From contig CAVYRP010000010.1 of the NCBI GenBank assembly GCA_963770945.1, forward strand, positions 33,190 to 97,189: 64,000 nucleotides of DNA, read 5' to 3'. Below the pieces are notes generated by a model that did no database searches, was not told the DNA's origin, and saw only the letters and a list, made by a program, of their open reading frames with translations. Shown here piece after piece: positions 23,334 to 33,963 of the stretch; the first letter of the stretch is position 1, and the number at the start of each line of letters is the position of its first letter. The translations under genes and the position numbers were made by a program. This DNA is from an uncultured Bacteroidota bacterium. GTDB taxonomy: Bacteria; Bacteroidota; Ignavibacteria; UBA10030.

Positions 23334-24713
23334 AAATTTCTTCTTCAATTTCATCTTTAAATATGGCACGTCCAACATCGCCGCGCAGCCTCCTGGCTTC
23401 CCGCATACCCATCGCTCCCATAAGCTCGACCAATTGCCAGTGCCATGCACCGATTAAATTAGACATGCGCCCTACACCATAATGTAAATCGATTGCTGTA
23501 TCCAATTTTGAGGGACAATAATCGCCGGGTTTACAGCTCTCACAAAGGCGGCATTCGATAGCAATTAATAACGGCAGGTTAATTGAAACCAGATCAGCGC
23601 CGCAAATAATCGCTTTAGCAACGTGTTCCGCTAACCCGATTCCACCACCTGCGATCAAAGTAATCTCATCTCTCTTTTCATTTTTTATTAAACCTGCATG
23701 TACTTCACGGATAATATCCTTCATGAACCGTGGATTTTGAACGCCAATTTCATTTCCGTTGAGGTCGGCGATCAGATGGATGACTTCGACATCAAATTTC
23801 GACAATTCATCTGCACGCCTTACTACTTTTTCATCCATTAATGTCCTTACAGCAATAATTATTCCCGGATGATCTTTCTTTATCGATTTGATTTGCTGCT
23901 CGACATTATCATGGTCCGGAATTTCCACCAATCGTGTTCTATCAAGGATTTCTTTTGGTATCCGGGGTTCATTCGGATTTAATAAGAAGGCAATATTGTT
24001 TAAGATATTCCTCTTTATTATTGAGTTTTATCGATTTCCATTTCTTCCAGTCTATAACGGCAATGAGTCCTGTTTGTTTTGCTGTCTCAATAATGCAAGG
24101 TTCAAGAACAGGAAGCGTATGCTTTTCGGAAGACATATCAAATATTACGGGGAAAGGAATAGAAATAAACGAAGGAAGGTTTGTCTCCAGTTTATAGTTT
24201 TGAAAATTAAGAAAGGAGGGTTTCTTGCCGATATCAACGGATGTACTGATATACTCTCTTCCATGAATACCATCGCGTGTAGGCCGGACAATTTCAGACA
24301 TATCGGTCCACATGGAATCAAATCCAGGAGCCTGAAAATTTGCCCCTATAACCTGCGCCGGAGACCGGGACTTTTCCAGTTTCCGCTTCCAGCCATGTTG
24401 TGCTTAAAATTTGCGGCTTCCAATATTCGTTGCCTAGTTTTTGATATTCCGAATTCAATGCCAGCGTCAATAAATTTTTAGTGCAATTCTGGACGCATGA
24501 AAAACATCCCATGCATTCGTAATAGAGCGTATGAATTTCGTCAAGATTTCTAATGAAAGTAATTTCTTCGCGATGCTTATCATAGACACAAGCTTTTTTT
24601 ACGCAGTTATGGCATCCTGCGCAATCTTCGCGCCAGTCTACAATTCCGCACTTTCCTATCCGGGGAAGTCTCGGCTGAACATGACTCGTTTTAATATGAT
24701 ATTTTTCAGGCAT
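23311..24713 (-). pseudogene. second, divergent glutamate-synthase-like FMN-domain protein with N-terminal 2x[4Fe-4S]-like Cys clusters, frame broken twice
   Basis: Pieces 24318..24713 (CAGCHNCVKKAC, CMGCFSCVQNC, ..VSGAGYRGKFSG), 23969..24313 (MWTDMSEIVRPTRDGIHGREYISTSV) and 23311..23931 (IAGGGIGLAEHVAKAIICGADLVSI, CRLCESCKPGDYCP) are colinear. Confidence 0.6.
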
Positions 24714-24723
24714 AATGAACTGC

Positions 24724-25616
24724 TTATAGTCCGGCTTGAGAAATAATCTCGTTTATTATATCTTCTTTTCCGCCTGAAATGATATGAATACCGCTTAATC
24801 CCTTCATTTCCTTAATTTTATTTATCGTTTCAACACAGATCGCAATGCCTCTTTTCTTTTGTTCAGCAAGGTTTCCGGCATCCTTCATACTGTTTATATG
24901 CGATTCCGGTATGTAAAAATCAGTATGTTTTTTCAAGAGACTTATTGCTTCGTTATAACTTTCAAGGGGATAGATTCCTGCTATGAATGCAGCCTTCTCT
25001 GTTAATCCTTCCTGATATGCTGCATGTAACCATTCATGAAAATCGGTTGTATTGAAAACGCCCTGTGTCTGAATGAATTTTGCTCCGGCTTTAATTTTTT
25101 TTGTTAATCGCATGATATTAAGGTCAAGAGGACGCAGATAAGGATTTGCGACCGCGCCTACGAGCACAGAAAAATTTCCGCTGATTTTTGCATTGTTCAG
25201 GAGGATTCTTTCGTTATTCATCGTTGTGACAAGTGTTTATCAGTTGAATGGAGTCGATATCATAAACATTTGCCGATTCAGGCATTTCCGTAATGCTTTG
25301 ATGATATCCGGAAAGACACAGGATATTCTTGATACCAAGCGACACGGCGCCTAATATATCGGATTGAAGAGCTATCCTGTTACGATCGCGTGTAACAATT
25401 TGGTATACCGGTTCTATACCGGCTTGTTTTAATTTTACCGCCGATGCCAATCCGGAAATTATAGGGCCGTACGGATTGTCTGCTACATTCACTGCTATAA
25501 CACCTGATATTTGAGATTTATTTATGGGATCGGACTCAACATTTGTATCCGGCAAGATATTCGGCGGTAATAATGAAATCCCCTTCTTCTATTTTTTTTG
25601 CTAATAAACTGTCCAT
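24724..25616 (-). pseudogene. metF: methylenetetrahydrofolate reductase (MetF), frame broken twice
   Basis: The hand-read start MDSLLAKKIEEGDFIITAEY (ATG 25614-16) joins ORF 25214..25555 (..VADNPYG.., IVTRDRNRIALQSD, ILCLSGY). That joins ORF 24724..25221 (GAVANPY.., GAKFIQTQGVFN). Shifts lie near 25555 and 25218. Confidence 0.85.
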
Positions 25617-25625
25617 TTGTTTCTC

Positions 25626-26036
25626 TTATGATAATTCGAAAGCTTTTTCGTATTGGCTTATAATTTGCCGGATACATATTATTAATTCATTTATTGTATA
25701 TTCTGCCTTGTTTTTATTATCGAGATGAATAAACCAGATGCATTCGCCGCCTGCACCTGTTTCTATTAGAAGATTATTAACAGCTTCTATCCGTTTTTGA
25801 GCGCGAAGATTGCCTTGAAGAAACTTACATTCTCCAGTCATACAGCCTGTAACTATCGCGATGTCCGAACCTATCTCGATAGATTTTAGAATATATTCAA
25901 TTCCTATTTTCCCGGAACATGGCACACTTATGACATTTAATTCAACTCCATCAAGTTGAGAATTGAGGCGGTTTATTCCTTCCGGGGATATTGAATTCAA
26001 ACAATGGAAGAGTGATATTTTAATTGATGGATTCAT
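25626..26036 (-). CDS. mvhD: MvhD/FlpD-like iron-sulfur protein (second copy), first gene of the operon
   Basis: 136 aa. ..VISVPCSGKIGIEYILKSIEIGSDIAIVTGCMTGECKFLQGNLRAQKR pattern. Followed 10 nt later by metF. Confidence 0.8.
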   Translation of the reverse strand: MNPSIKISLFHCLNSISPEGINRLNSQLDGVELNVISVPCSGKIGIEYILKSIEIGSDIAIVTGCMTGECKFLQGNLRAQKRIEAVNNLLIETGAGGECIWFIHLDNKNKAEYTINELIICIRQIISQYEKAFELS

Positions 26037-26761
26037 TATTTTATCAAGAAATAAATATTATTTTTTTCAGATTGAAATGGATACTCTATTCGTTATTTCT
26101 CTAAAGCTTTCCAATCTTCTCTTTTATTTTTCCCGAGGCACTCTCATAACTCAAAAAGCTTTGCTCACACCATTCTATACCCGGTGTGTTGATAAGGTCA
26201 CTCATTACTTAACAAATTGGGATCACCAATTAGGACGTTTATTGAAAGAGATTTGACGCATGGTTGGTTTTCCGCGTATCATTCTCTCACAACGATCAAT
26301 GAAGTTTTACTTATCTCTCGCTTGTTTTGCCGCCAAATAGACCGCCTTATATCATTGAAGATCTTTATGCCCGCCGTCTTGACAAACTATATATAATGTA
26401 ATTTTATAATTATTCGAGATATAATCAAGTATTATTATAACATAATATTAATATATAAGGTATAATGATAACAATTCTTCACTTTATAACGAAATAGATT
26501 CTCCAAATAGAATTCGGATAGTATTTAAGAACAGCCGAAGTAATAACTGATAACGTCTCTTCCAACATCGGCTATTTAACTGCCTTACTCCTTGTGTTTC
26601 AATGCGTATTCGATTATATTTTTAACAAGTGCTTTTCGTATTAGAAATGAATTTGATTTACTAAATCTATAATGGTTGGATATATTCCTATCGAATATAC
26701 CTGCCTCCGTCCTTTTTCATATTACGTGGATCAGGAATTTCATGGCAAATGATATAATACT

Positions 26762-28418
26762 ATGCGAATTGCTTTACTTCAATTGAATCAAATTGTCGGT
26801 GACCTTGAGGGAAATTCAAAACGCATTGAAACTGCAGCTAAAACTGCATGTGCACAACACGCCGATCTTGTCGTTACACCGGAGCTTTCACTTCTCGGTT
26901 ATCCGCCCAGAGATCTTTTACTTTCTGAAAGTTTTATAAAGCACAGCTTGAAGATATTAGAGAAACTAGCGTCTCAGCTTTATGCCGCTCCTATGGTTCT
27001 TGTAGGCGCCGCTAAACCTAACCAAAATAGTGTAGGACGGCCTCTCTTCAACTCAATGGCTTTATTGCATAAAGGAAAAGTTCAGCAATTTTACCATAAA
27101 TTACTTCTTCCAACCTACGACGTTTTTGATGAAGATAGATATTTTGAGGCCGCCTCAAATCCGCAAATATTGACAACACCCGGCATTACCTGTGGTATTT
27201 CCATTTGCGAAGATATCTGGAACGACACTGACTTCTGGCAGCACCGCCGCTACCACCACGATCCTATTTCAGAACTCGTTCAGGGCGGTGCCCAATGTAT
27301 TATTAATATGTCTGCCTCGCCTTTCACCGTTGGGAAACAAGAGATCCGTCAATCGATGCTCTCAGCAATATCCGCAAAATATCAGACACCTCTGCTCTAT
27401 GTCAACCAGGTCGGCGGTAATGATGATCTTGTTTTTGACGGACGCAGCTGTGTATTTGACAATACTGGAAAACTGATTGCCCGCGGATTTGGATTCAAAG
27501 AAGACATTGTAATTGTTGATATTACAAATCAAAGTCAAAACGGAGTTGTTGAGCAAGATGATTTCACAGAAGAATCAGAAATTTGGAATGCTCTTGTTTT
27601 GGGGACGAAAGATTACGCTCATAAGTGCGGATTCTCTACAGTTATGTTAGGATTATCCGGAGGAATTGATTCTGCAATAACTGCAGCAATCGCCGTAGAC
27701 GCTTTAGGACAGGAGAATGTGCTGGGAGTTCTAATGCCTTCACCGTATTCCAGTCAGGGAAGCATCGATGATTCGCTTCAGCTTGCGAAGCAACTAGGAA
27801 TGCGCACACTGACTTTGCCTATCAAGAACATTATGAGCACTTTCGATTCAACACTACAGGAAGTATTTGCTAACTCTGTTCCTGACACAACAGAAGAAAA
27901 TATCCAGGCTAGAATAAGAGGCAATCTTTTGATGGCGCTTTCAAATAAATTCCATTCTCTTCTGCTTACTACGGGAAACAAATCGGAGTTGTCCGTTGGT
28001 TATTGCACAATATACGGTGATATGTCTGGTGGATTAGCGGTTATTTCTGATGTACCAAAGACAATGGTATATCGCTTGGCGAGGTGGTTAAATACTCAGC
28101 GGCAAAAGTCCGTAATTCCGGAGTCTATTCTGACAAAACCACCTTCCGCCGAATTGAAACTGAATCAAAAGGATCAAGATACTCTTCCCGATTATGACAC
28201 ACTCGATAAAATTCTAGAGATGCATATTGAGCATCATAAATCTGCAAGTCAAATCGTTACTGCCGGATTTCAACCTTCGATAGTTTCTAAGGTACCTAAC
28301 ATTGGTCAAGAATGCGGAATTCAAACGCAAACAAGCAGCGCCTGGTATAAGGGTTACAGATCGAGCATTTGGAACCGGCTGGAGAATGCCTATTGCCAGC
28401 AAACTATGGCAAGAATAA
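26762..28418 (+). pseudogene. nadE: glutamine-dependent NAD+ synthetase NadE, C-terminal frame break
   Basis: CN-hydrolase domain (VTPELSLLGYPPRDLL, ISICEDIW) plus the NAD synthetase PP-loop (LGLSGGIDSA). After about 28295 the listed ORF loses similarity, while another frame reads the expected tail [37 protein letters not shown], with the stop at 28416-18. Confidence 0.9.
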
Positions 28419-28875
28419 ATTTAACGATTTATCAAAATGACTTTTTTCTAATTTTGTATCACAAACTCGCTCTTCAGGACTTTGTTATCATATCATCATT
28501 AAAGCGCTAACACACCTTATCATAATTTCATTGCTGCAAATCCGCAATGCGGACATTCTACTTCAAAAAGAAAGAATTCTTTATGGCATTCCGTGGAAGC
28601 TAACGGATATGGAATCCGTTTGTCTCTCCGGAAACGCTATAGTTTCCATGAAATATTTCAATATTTTCCATCAATGACATTCACACTGCTCACAGTATTT
28701 GTATATAGTAATCTTATCCATCTCAGGTATATTTACTTCTTTTACGGAATATCCCCAAAGGGTTTAATGCAACCAGATGAAAATGCTCTGAAGCGCGCCA
28801 ATAGTTGCTGCATTTTTTATCGATTGAATATAGTTTAAAATAAGTGTAGGTTCTGGTGGCTTTGGAGGAGGTCTT

Positions 28876-30645
28876 ATGAGACATTTCCCATTTCGTTCAA
28901 TTCTTTCCAAAAGATTTAAAAACACATCGCTACAGTTTACATATTTGAGAGTAATTTTGTTTTTCCCTCTGGGTTTTATGATCTTTGCAATTGCAGGCTG
29001 CGAAGGAGACAATATTTTCTCGGGATTGCCTGCTGCTGAGACAAGTCTTACAACACTTGAGAGGACAATTATTCCTGAAGACGTACCTTCAACTTCACCT
29101 AAATTAAGACCTTCAGATGTTTCTTTATTTTCGCAGTATGGTTATGGCAAATGGCATTATGGACCGGGGCTTCCTTGTCAACAAAGATTGGATCTTATGC
29201 CGACAGGATATACAAATACATCGGTTAAAATAACTGCAAAACTTTTGAGATTCTTTACCATCACCGACATCCATATCACAGATGAAGAATCTCCTGCTCA
29301 AGCTATCTTTTTTGCAGCGTATGCAGGTAAGAATGGGATTTCATGTTATGCACCTATTATGCTATATTCAACTCAGGTTTTTAACGCAGCCATTCAAACA
29401 ATAAATGCCATTAACAGGCAAGATCAGATTGATTTTGGTATCGCTCTGGGTGATTTATCAAACAGTGCCCAATACAACGAACTAAGATGGTTTATCGATA
29501 TTCTTGATGGCAATAATATAAATCCAGATTCGGGCATAAAGGACGACCCTATAGCCGGACCTAAGAATGATTACCAGGATGAATTTCAAGCTGAAGGACT
29601 TGATAAATCTATTCCTTGGTATGCAGTGCTCGGCAATCACGATCATTTTTGGATGGGTTCAAAACCTATGACTGATCGCATCCGACAGACCTTGCTCGGT
29701 GGAAATATTCTTCAGCTGGGGAATGTATTCAACGATCTCAATGCGATGAATGAGACAACATACTCTATGGGCACAATAGACGGAGGTACAATTTACGGCA
29801 ACATTATTGGTTCAGGAGTTGTTGCAAATATGACTAATATTCCGACGATTGCCGCTGATCATAATCGACGTTCTCTTTCAAAAACTGAATTTATGAACGA
29901 ATTTTTCAATACTTCTTCACTTCCGCAAGGACATGGATTTATTCAATCCAACAGTATAAACAAATTTGCTGCATGTTATTCTTTCGAGCCAAAGTCGGAT
30001 TTGCCGCTGAAGATCATAGTGCTCGATGATACTCAAGATGAGAATGATGCGCCCGGACCTTCCCTCATCTACGGGTATGGTTCTCTTGGAAATGGCCGTT
30101 ATGAATGGCTTATAGAGCAGCTTCAAGCCGGTCAGGACGAAGGAAAGCTCATGATTATCGCTGCCCATGTGCCGATAGGTGTTGCATCCGGCACACCTCT
30201 AGGCTGGTACAATGACGCTGATGAGACTGCTCTGATTAAGAAACTGAAAGAATATCCGAATCTTATTCTATGGATATCAGGCCATCGCCATCTCAATACA
30301 GTTACTGCCTTAAAATCAGAAGATCCCAATCATCCTGAAAATGGATTCTGGGAAGTTGAAACAAAATCATTAAGAGAATTCCCTCAGCAATTCCGTATTT
30401 TCGATATCATGAGCAACAGTGACAATACTATTTCAATCATTACAACCAACATAGATCCTGATGTTAATGACAGATCGTTTGCAGCAGTTTCGCGTTCTTA
30501 TGCAATTGCGTCGAACCAGGCATACGGATTAACAGAGTCCCCGTTGCCTACCGGTTCAGTTTCATACAATGCAGAGCTCGTCAAACAATTAAGTGCTGAA
30601 ATGCAAATTAAAATAAAAAATTATGGAATACATTTAAGGAAATAA
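28876..30645 (+). CDS. calcineurin-like metallophosphoesterase, lipoprotein
   Basis: 589 aa. Strong SD (GGAGGAGG) upstream and a lipobox FAIAGC. Metallophosphoesterase motifs ITDIHITDE, GDLSNS, LGNHDH, GHRH. Confidence 0.75.
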   Translation: MRHFPFRSILSKRFKNTSLQFTYLRVILFFPLGFMIFAIAGCEGDNIFSGLPAAETSLTTLERTIIPEDVPSTSPKLRPSDVSLFSQYGYGKWHYGPGLPCQQRLDLMPTGYTNTSVKITAKLLRFFTITDIHITDEESPAQAIFFAAYAGKNGISCYAPIMLYSTQVFNAAIQTINAINRQDQIDFGIALGDLSNSAQYNELRWFIDILDGNNINPDSGIKDDPIAGPKNDYQDEFQAEGLDKSIPWYAVLGNHDHFWMGSKPMTDRIRQTLLGGNILQLGNVFNDLNAMNETTYSMGTIDGGTIYGNIIGSGVVANMTNIPTIAADHNRRSLSKTEFMNEFFNTSSLPQGHGFIQSNSINKFAACYSFEPKSDLPLKIIVLDDTQDENDAPGPSLIYGYGSLGNGRYEWLIEQLQAGQDEGKLMIIAAHVPIGVASGTPLGWYNDADETALIKKLKEYPNLILWISGHRHLNTVTALKSEDPNHPENGFWEVETKSLREFPQQFRIFDIMSNSDNTISIITTNIDPDVNDRSFAAVSRSYAIASNQAYGLTESPLPTGSVSYNAELVKQLSAEMQIKIKNYGIHLRK

Positions 30646-31104
30646 TCATTTTTTAAAATGAACTGCACCGCTGCAAGCCCCGTCATTCGATAGGTTTTTT
30701 GTTGGAGTGTATGGGTTTATGATCTCATTCTCTGCTCACAAAGATCAATATTTATTGCAATTACATAATTGTAAAAATATTTGTAACCAGAATTACGGAC
30801 AAATATAAAAGATATCTGAAATCATCAGACTCTTCTCAGGTCCATGAAAAGTGAAAAGGTCAATTTTACAACATTTCTAATTTGTTCGATACATGAACGC
30901 CATATTAGAAATGTAATAAGTGATACAAATTAATCAATTTGAAATCATTATGAAATTATACTCAGATAGGCATTACCTTCCTTCAGATTTTTCAAATTGT
31001 CAGCAGAATGCTCAGTTGTTCGATGGGATTTTTTTTTGGCAGAAGTATATAAAAGAAAGAACTTTTTATGTTTCAACAAGCTGCAGATTTTCTTGTATCA
31101 TCGT

Positions 31105-33534
31105 TTATTCGTCACCTTGATTTTCCTGTCCAATTGCTGTATTCACAAAGGCAGCGTGCCGTGGAGATGGACACGGGACACTGGCTCCTTTTATTGCAGC
31201 CCAAAGAACTTCATTAAACATGGCATCTGGGACGCGATCTTCTTTATCGAAATTGAACAGGTCACTCTTCCGCTGCCATTCATTTATTGCAGTATTCTTT
31301 TCGAATAAATCTACTTTTGCAGGAATTGAATTAAAGGCAGAGGCATCGAGAGTGTCTGTAAAACTTCTCCAGAGTGGTTCAGCGGCGGCATCATATTGAC
31401 TCATGGGCGGCAGTCCCAGAATCAATTCGATTGTTCTCAATACACTTGACGTGGAATACATCGTATGATCGATATAGTGCCGTTTCACATATCCACCCGC
31501 AAGATACAATGTGCTTCTATGTGCATCTACATGGTCAGGTCCGTTCTGCGCGTCATCTTCGACAATGAAGACGACGCTATTGTTCCATATACTGCTGTGG
31601 CTCAGATAATCTATGAAGAGACCAACTGCCAGATCATTATCTGCTACTTCAGCAAAAGGTGTCAGCCGCCCGAGCTTAAGTCCTTCGGTATGATCGTTGA
31701 TAAACCAGAGAGTGTTGAATTGCGGGACTGCTCCGATCGTCAGGAGCGAATCGAATTCCTGTTTCCACTGCTGGAACCTTGTTGTGTCCATCACCGTCTG
31801 GTCCCAACCAGTATAATATGGACAAAAATGATTCTCTAGTGCCGGAATATTCGGTTTATAGTTCTCGGTGAATTCACCGTATGTCCTGTACGTGATTCCA
31901 TAACGTTTGCAAAGATCCCAGATGAATCCGTTTTTATTGTTCGCAATATCACGTGTTCCTGCGGCGTCAAACGTACCGCCGCGGTTTCCGTAGTTCGTAG
32001 GCCAGTTCTTTTCCAGATAATCTGTTGCGTACACGCCAAGACTCCAGTTATGCCCGTCGGCACTGACCTCTCCGTCGACATAAAAATTGTCGAAGAGTAC
32101 GAATTCTTTTACAAGTGCATGCTGGTTCGGAGTCACTTTTTTATCGAAAAGAAGCAGGGTAGTGTCGCCATTGCCTCCGGGGATATCGCTCAACACCTGA
32201 TCATAAGTTCTATTTTCCTTAATAATATAAAAGACATGCTTTATTGGAGAAGTGACGCCGGATTTCATAGGGATTGGGTTTCCAGGTCTCCCTGAGGTTT
32301 GTGTCTCTTTTTCTTTAGAATATGGTGTGTTTCGATATACGACCTGTGAATAATTGGAAAGCTGTTCTTTATCTGGAACTAGAATGATACTGAGTCGGCC
32401 TGTGAATAAGCCGCCGATATATTGTTCTTTTTCTACAGGTCCCATTCCTTTCTGGTACTCTACTTTTGATTCTATCTTCATTGGATTTGGACCGTGCGGG
32501 TTCGGCATAGAATTATACCCTTTTGCACTGGCAACATAAATGAGGTCGTCCACGACACGAACGCAGGTGGGATACCACCCCGTGGGAATAAATCCCATGC
32601 TTCTGCTATTGCCGACCTGTGTTACATCGAATACCGCCAGGCAATTATTATCTGCGTTTGCGACGTAAAGTGTTTTTTCGTCCTTACTCAAGGCAATACC
32701 GTTGGTGGTCGATCCGCTCGGTGCATCAGGGTAAAGAGCTGCGTTTAACGTTTCAATCACTTTCCGCCGGCTAATTTCGATAATCGATACCGAATTGTCG
32801 TTTGCATTCGCTACATACAATAGTGAACCGTTTGAGTTTAAGAGAAGTTCATTCGGATTATCGCCGACAACAATCGATCCTGTAACCGACATTTCTTGCG
32901 TATCGAATATAACTACTTTGTCACAACCCCAGCAAGAGATGTATAGTGTCTTTTTATCCGGCGAGAGAACGCACGTATATCCTTCACCGCCAAGAGGAAT
33001 GGTTTTTATAATCTTTTTCTCGTTTATGTCGATCACGAAAAGCGAATTGTTTTCTTTCGTAACGGTATATATCAGATCACGATCATCATCAAGTGCAATA
33101 CCGGCGATGGAGATTTTCTCGGGCCATGGTTTTCCGACTACGATACTGTCCTTAAATATGATTTTGCCGCTGCTGACATCGAACTGCATAATGTAATTTC
33201 CGTTGCCGCCAGAGGCATAAAGAGTTTTTGAATCGTTGCTCCACGCAAGTCCCAGCCAAGCAATTCGAACTTCTTTCGTGTCGATTATCGTTTCTTTAGA
33301 GATATCTATAAGCTGGATGCTCTGCGTGCTTTGTCCATTATTGGTGACTGCAAGCATTTTTTTATCCGGCGAGACAGCTATGTTCAATGGAAGATCGCCA
33401 AGTGGCAGACTTTTCCCTACTGGGGTTAATGCCCACCCATTGGGCAGGACGATCCGATTTTTTTCGATCTGATCAATCGTTTGTGCTATGAGTTGTTCGA
33501 CAAGAAAAAGCATGATGATCAAATATCTTTTCAT
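31105..33534 (-). CDS. fusion of a YVTN/YncE-type beta-propeller with a phosphoesterase (AcpA / non-haemolytic phospholipase C family) domain
   Basis: 809 aa with a signal peptide. Repeated ..TLYVANA..NSVSVID-like propeller blades in the N-half. FYIIKENRTYDQVLSD and ..IVEDDAQNGPDHVDAHRS in the C-half. Confidence 0.8.
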   Translation of the reverse strand: MKRYLIIMLFLVEQLIAQTIDQIEKNRIVLPNGWALTPVGKSLPLGDLPLNIAVSPDKKMLAVTNNGQSTQSIQLIDISKETIIDTKEVRIAWLGLAWSNDSKTLYASGGNGNYIMQFDVSSGKIIFKDSIVVGKPWPEKISIAGIALDDDRDLIYTVTKENNSLFVIDINEKKIIKTIPLGGEGYTCVLSPDKKTLYISCWGCDKVVIFDTQEMSVTGSIVVGDNPNELLLNSNGSLLYVANANDNSVSIIEISRRKVIETLNAALYPDAPSGSTTNGIALSKDEKTLYVANADNNCLAVFDVTQVGNSRSMGFIPTGWYPTCVRVVDDLIYVASAKGYNSMPNPHGPNPMKIESKVEYQKGMGPVEKEQYIGGLFTGRLSIILVPDKEQLSNYSQVVYRNTPYSKEKETQTSGRPGNPIPMKSGVTSPIKHVFYIIKENRTYDQVLSDIPGGNGDTTLLLFDKKVTPNQHALVKEFVLFDNFYVDGEVSADGHNWSLGVYATDYLEKNWPTNYGNRGGTFDAAGTRDIANNKNGFIWDLCKRYGITYRTYGEFTENYKPNIPALENHFCPYYTGWDQTVMDTTRFQQWKQEFDSLLTIGAVPQFNTLWFINDHTEGLKLGRLTPFAEVADNDLAVGLFIDYLSHSSIWNNSVVFIVEDDAQNGPDHVDAHRSTLYLAGGYVKRHYIDHTMYSTSSVLRTIELILGLPPMSQYDAAAEPLWRSFTDTLDASAFNSIPAKVDLFEKNTAINEWQRKSDLFNFDKEDRVPDAMFNEVLWAAIKGASVPCPSPRHAAFVNTAIGQENQGDE

Positions 33535-33963
33535 GATTCGCAGATTCCTATAAAAAGTTCTTAATGGATACTCCTCTTTTGTCCTTCTGAAGAGGCGTTT
33601 TTATTTTATCGGCCTTTGTGTTTCAGCAATAAAAATCACGCTATCTTCGATTATATTTTCGAGAATACGAGAATATGATAAGTTAGTATTTTTTCAATAT
33701 CAAGCTCCGGTACTGCACCCAAAATCATTGGCACAACAAACGGGGTTAGGTCAGTTTTATGATCCATGTCTCACCCATCTTAACACCCTCACTTACTTAA
33801 TGTTTTTCAACATTTTATTTCTTCTGAATTATTGCTAACTGGCTTTTATAGAAGGATTCAATTCTTGCTTCGATATATACATTAGTCAAGTATAAATTCA
33901 AGATTAACATCACTAATTATCTAATTTAGATTTATTGCTTTTGCTCGACGTCCAATCAACTGT

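Noticed and set aside
23888-24481. 197-aa plus-strand ORF (and 22202..22744, 12127..12393, 20413..20856, 10369..10800 and similar)
   Set aside because: These are antisense or alternative-frame shadows of genes with clear family signatures. None has motifs of its own.
26037-26761. Regulatory RNA or small gene in the 725-bp divergent spacer between the hdr/met/glt operon and nadE
   Set aside because: It is very AT-rich (26390-26480 is almost pure A/T). I found only a 34-codon minus-strand ORF (MSDLINTPGIEWCEQSFLSYESASGKIKEKIGKL) with no recognisable family, and weak stems. This is most simply two divergent promoters, and I could not support anything more.
33535-33963. Mobile-element end or additional toxin-antitoxin component downstream of hipT
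   Set aside because: I saw only a 39-codon ORF (33645-33767, minus) and one hairpin (CCTCTT..AAGAGG at about 33572-33593) with a T-run on the plus strand. There are no repeats matching other parts of the window.
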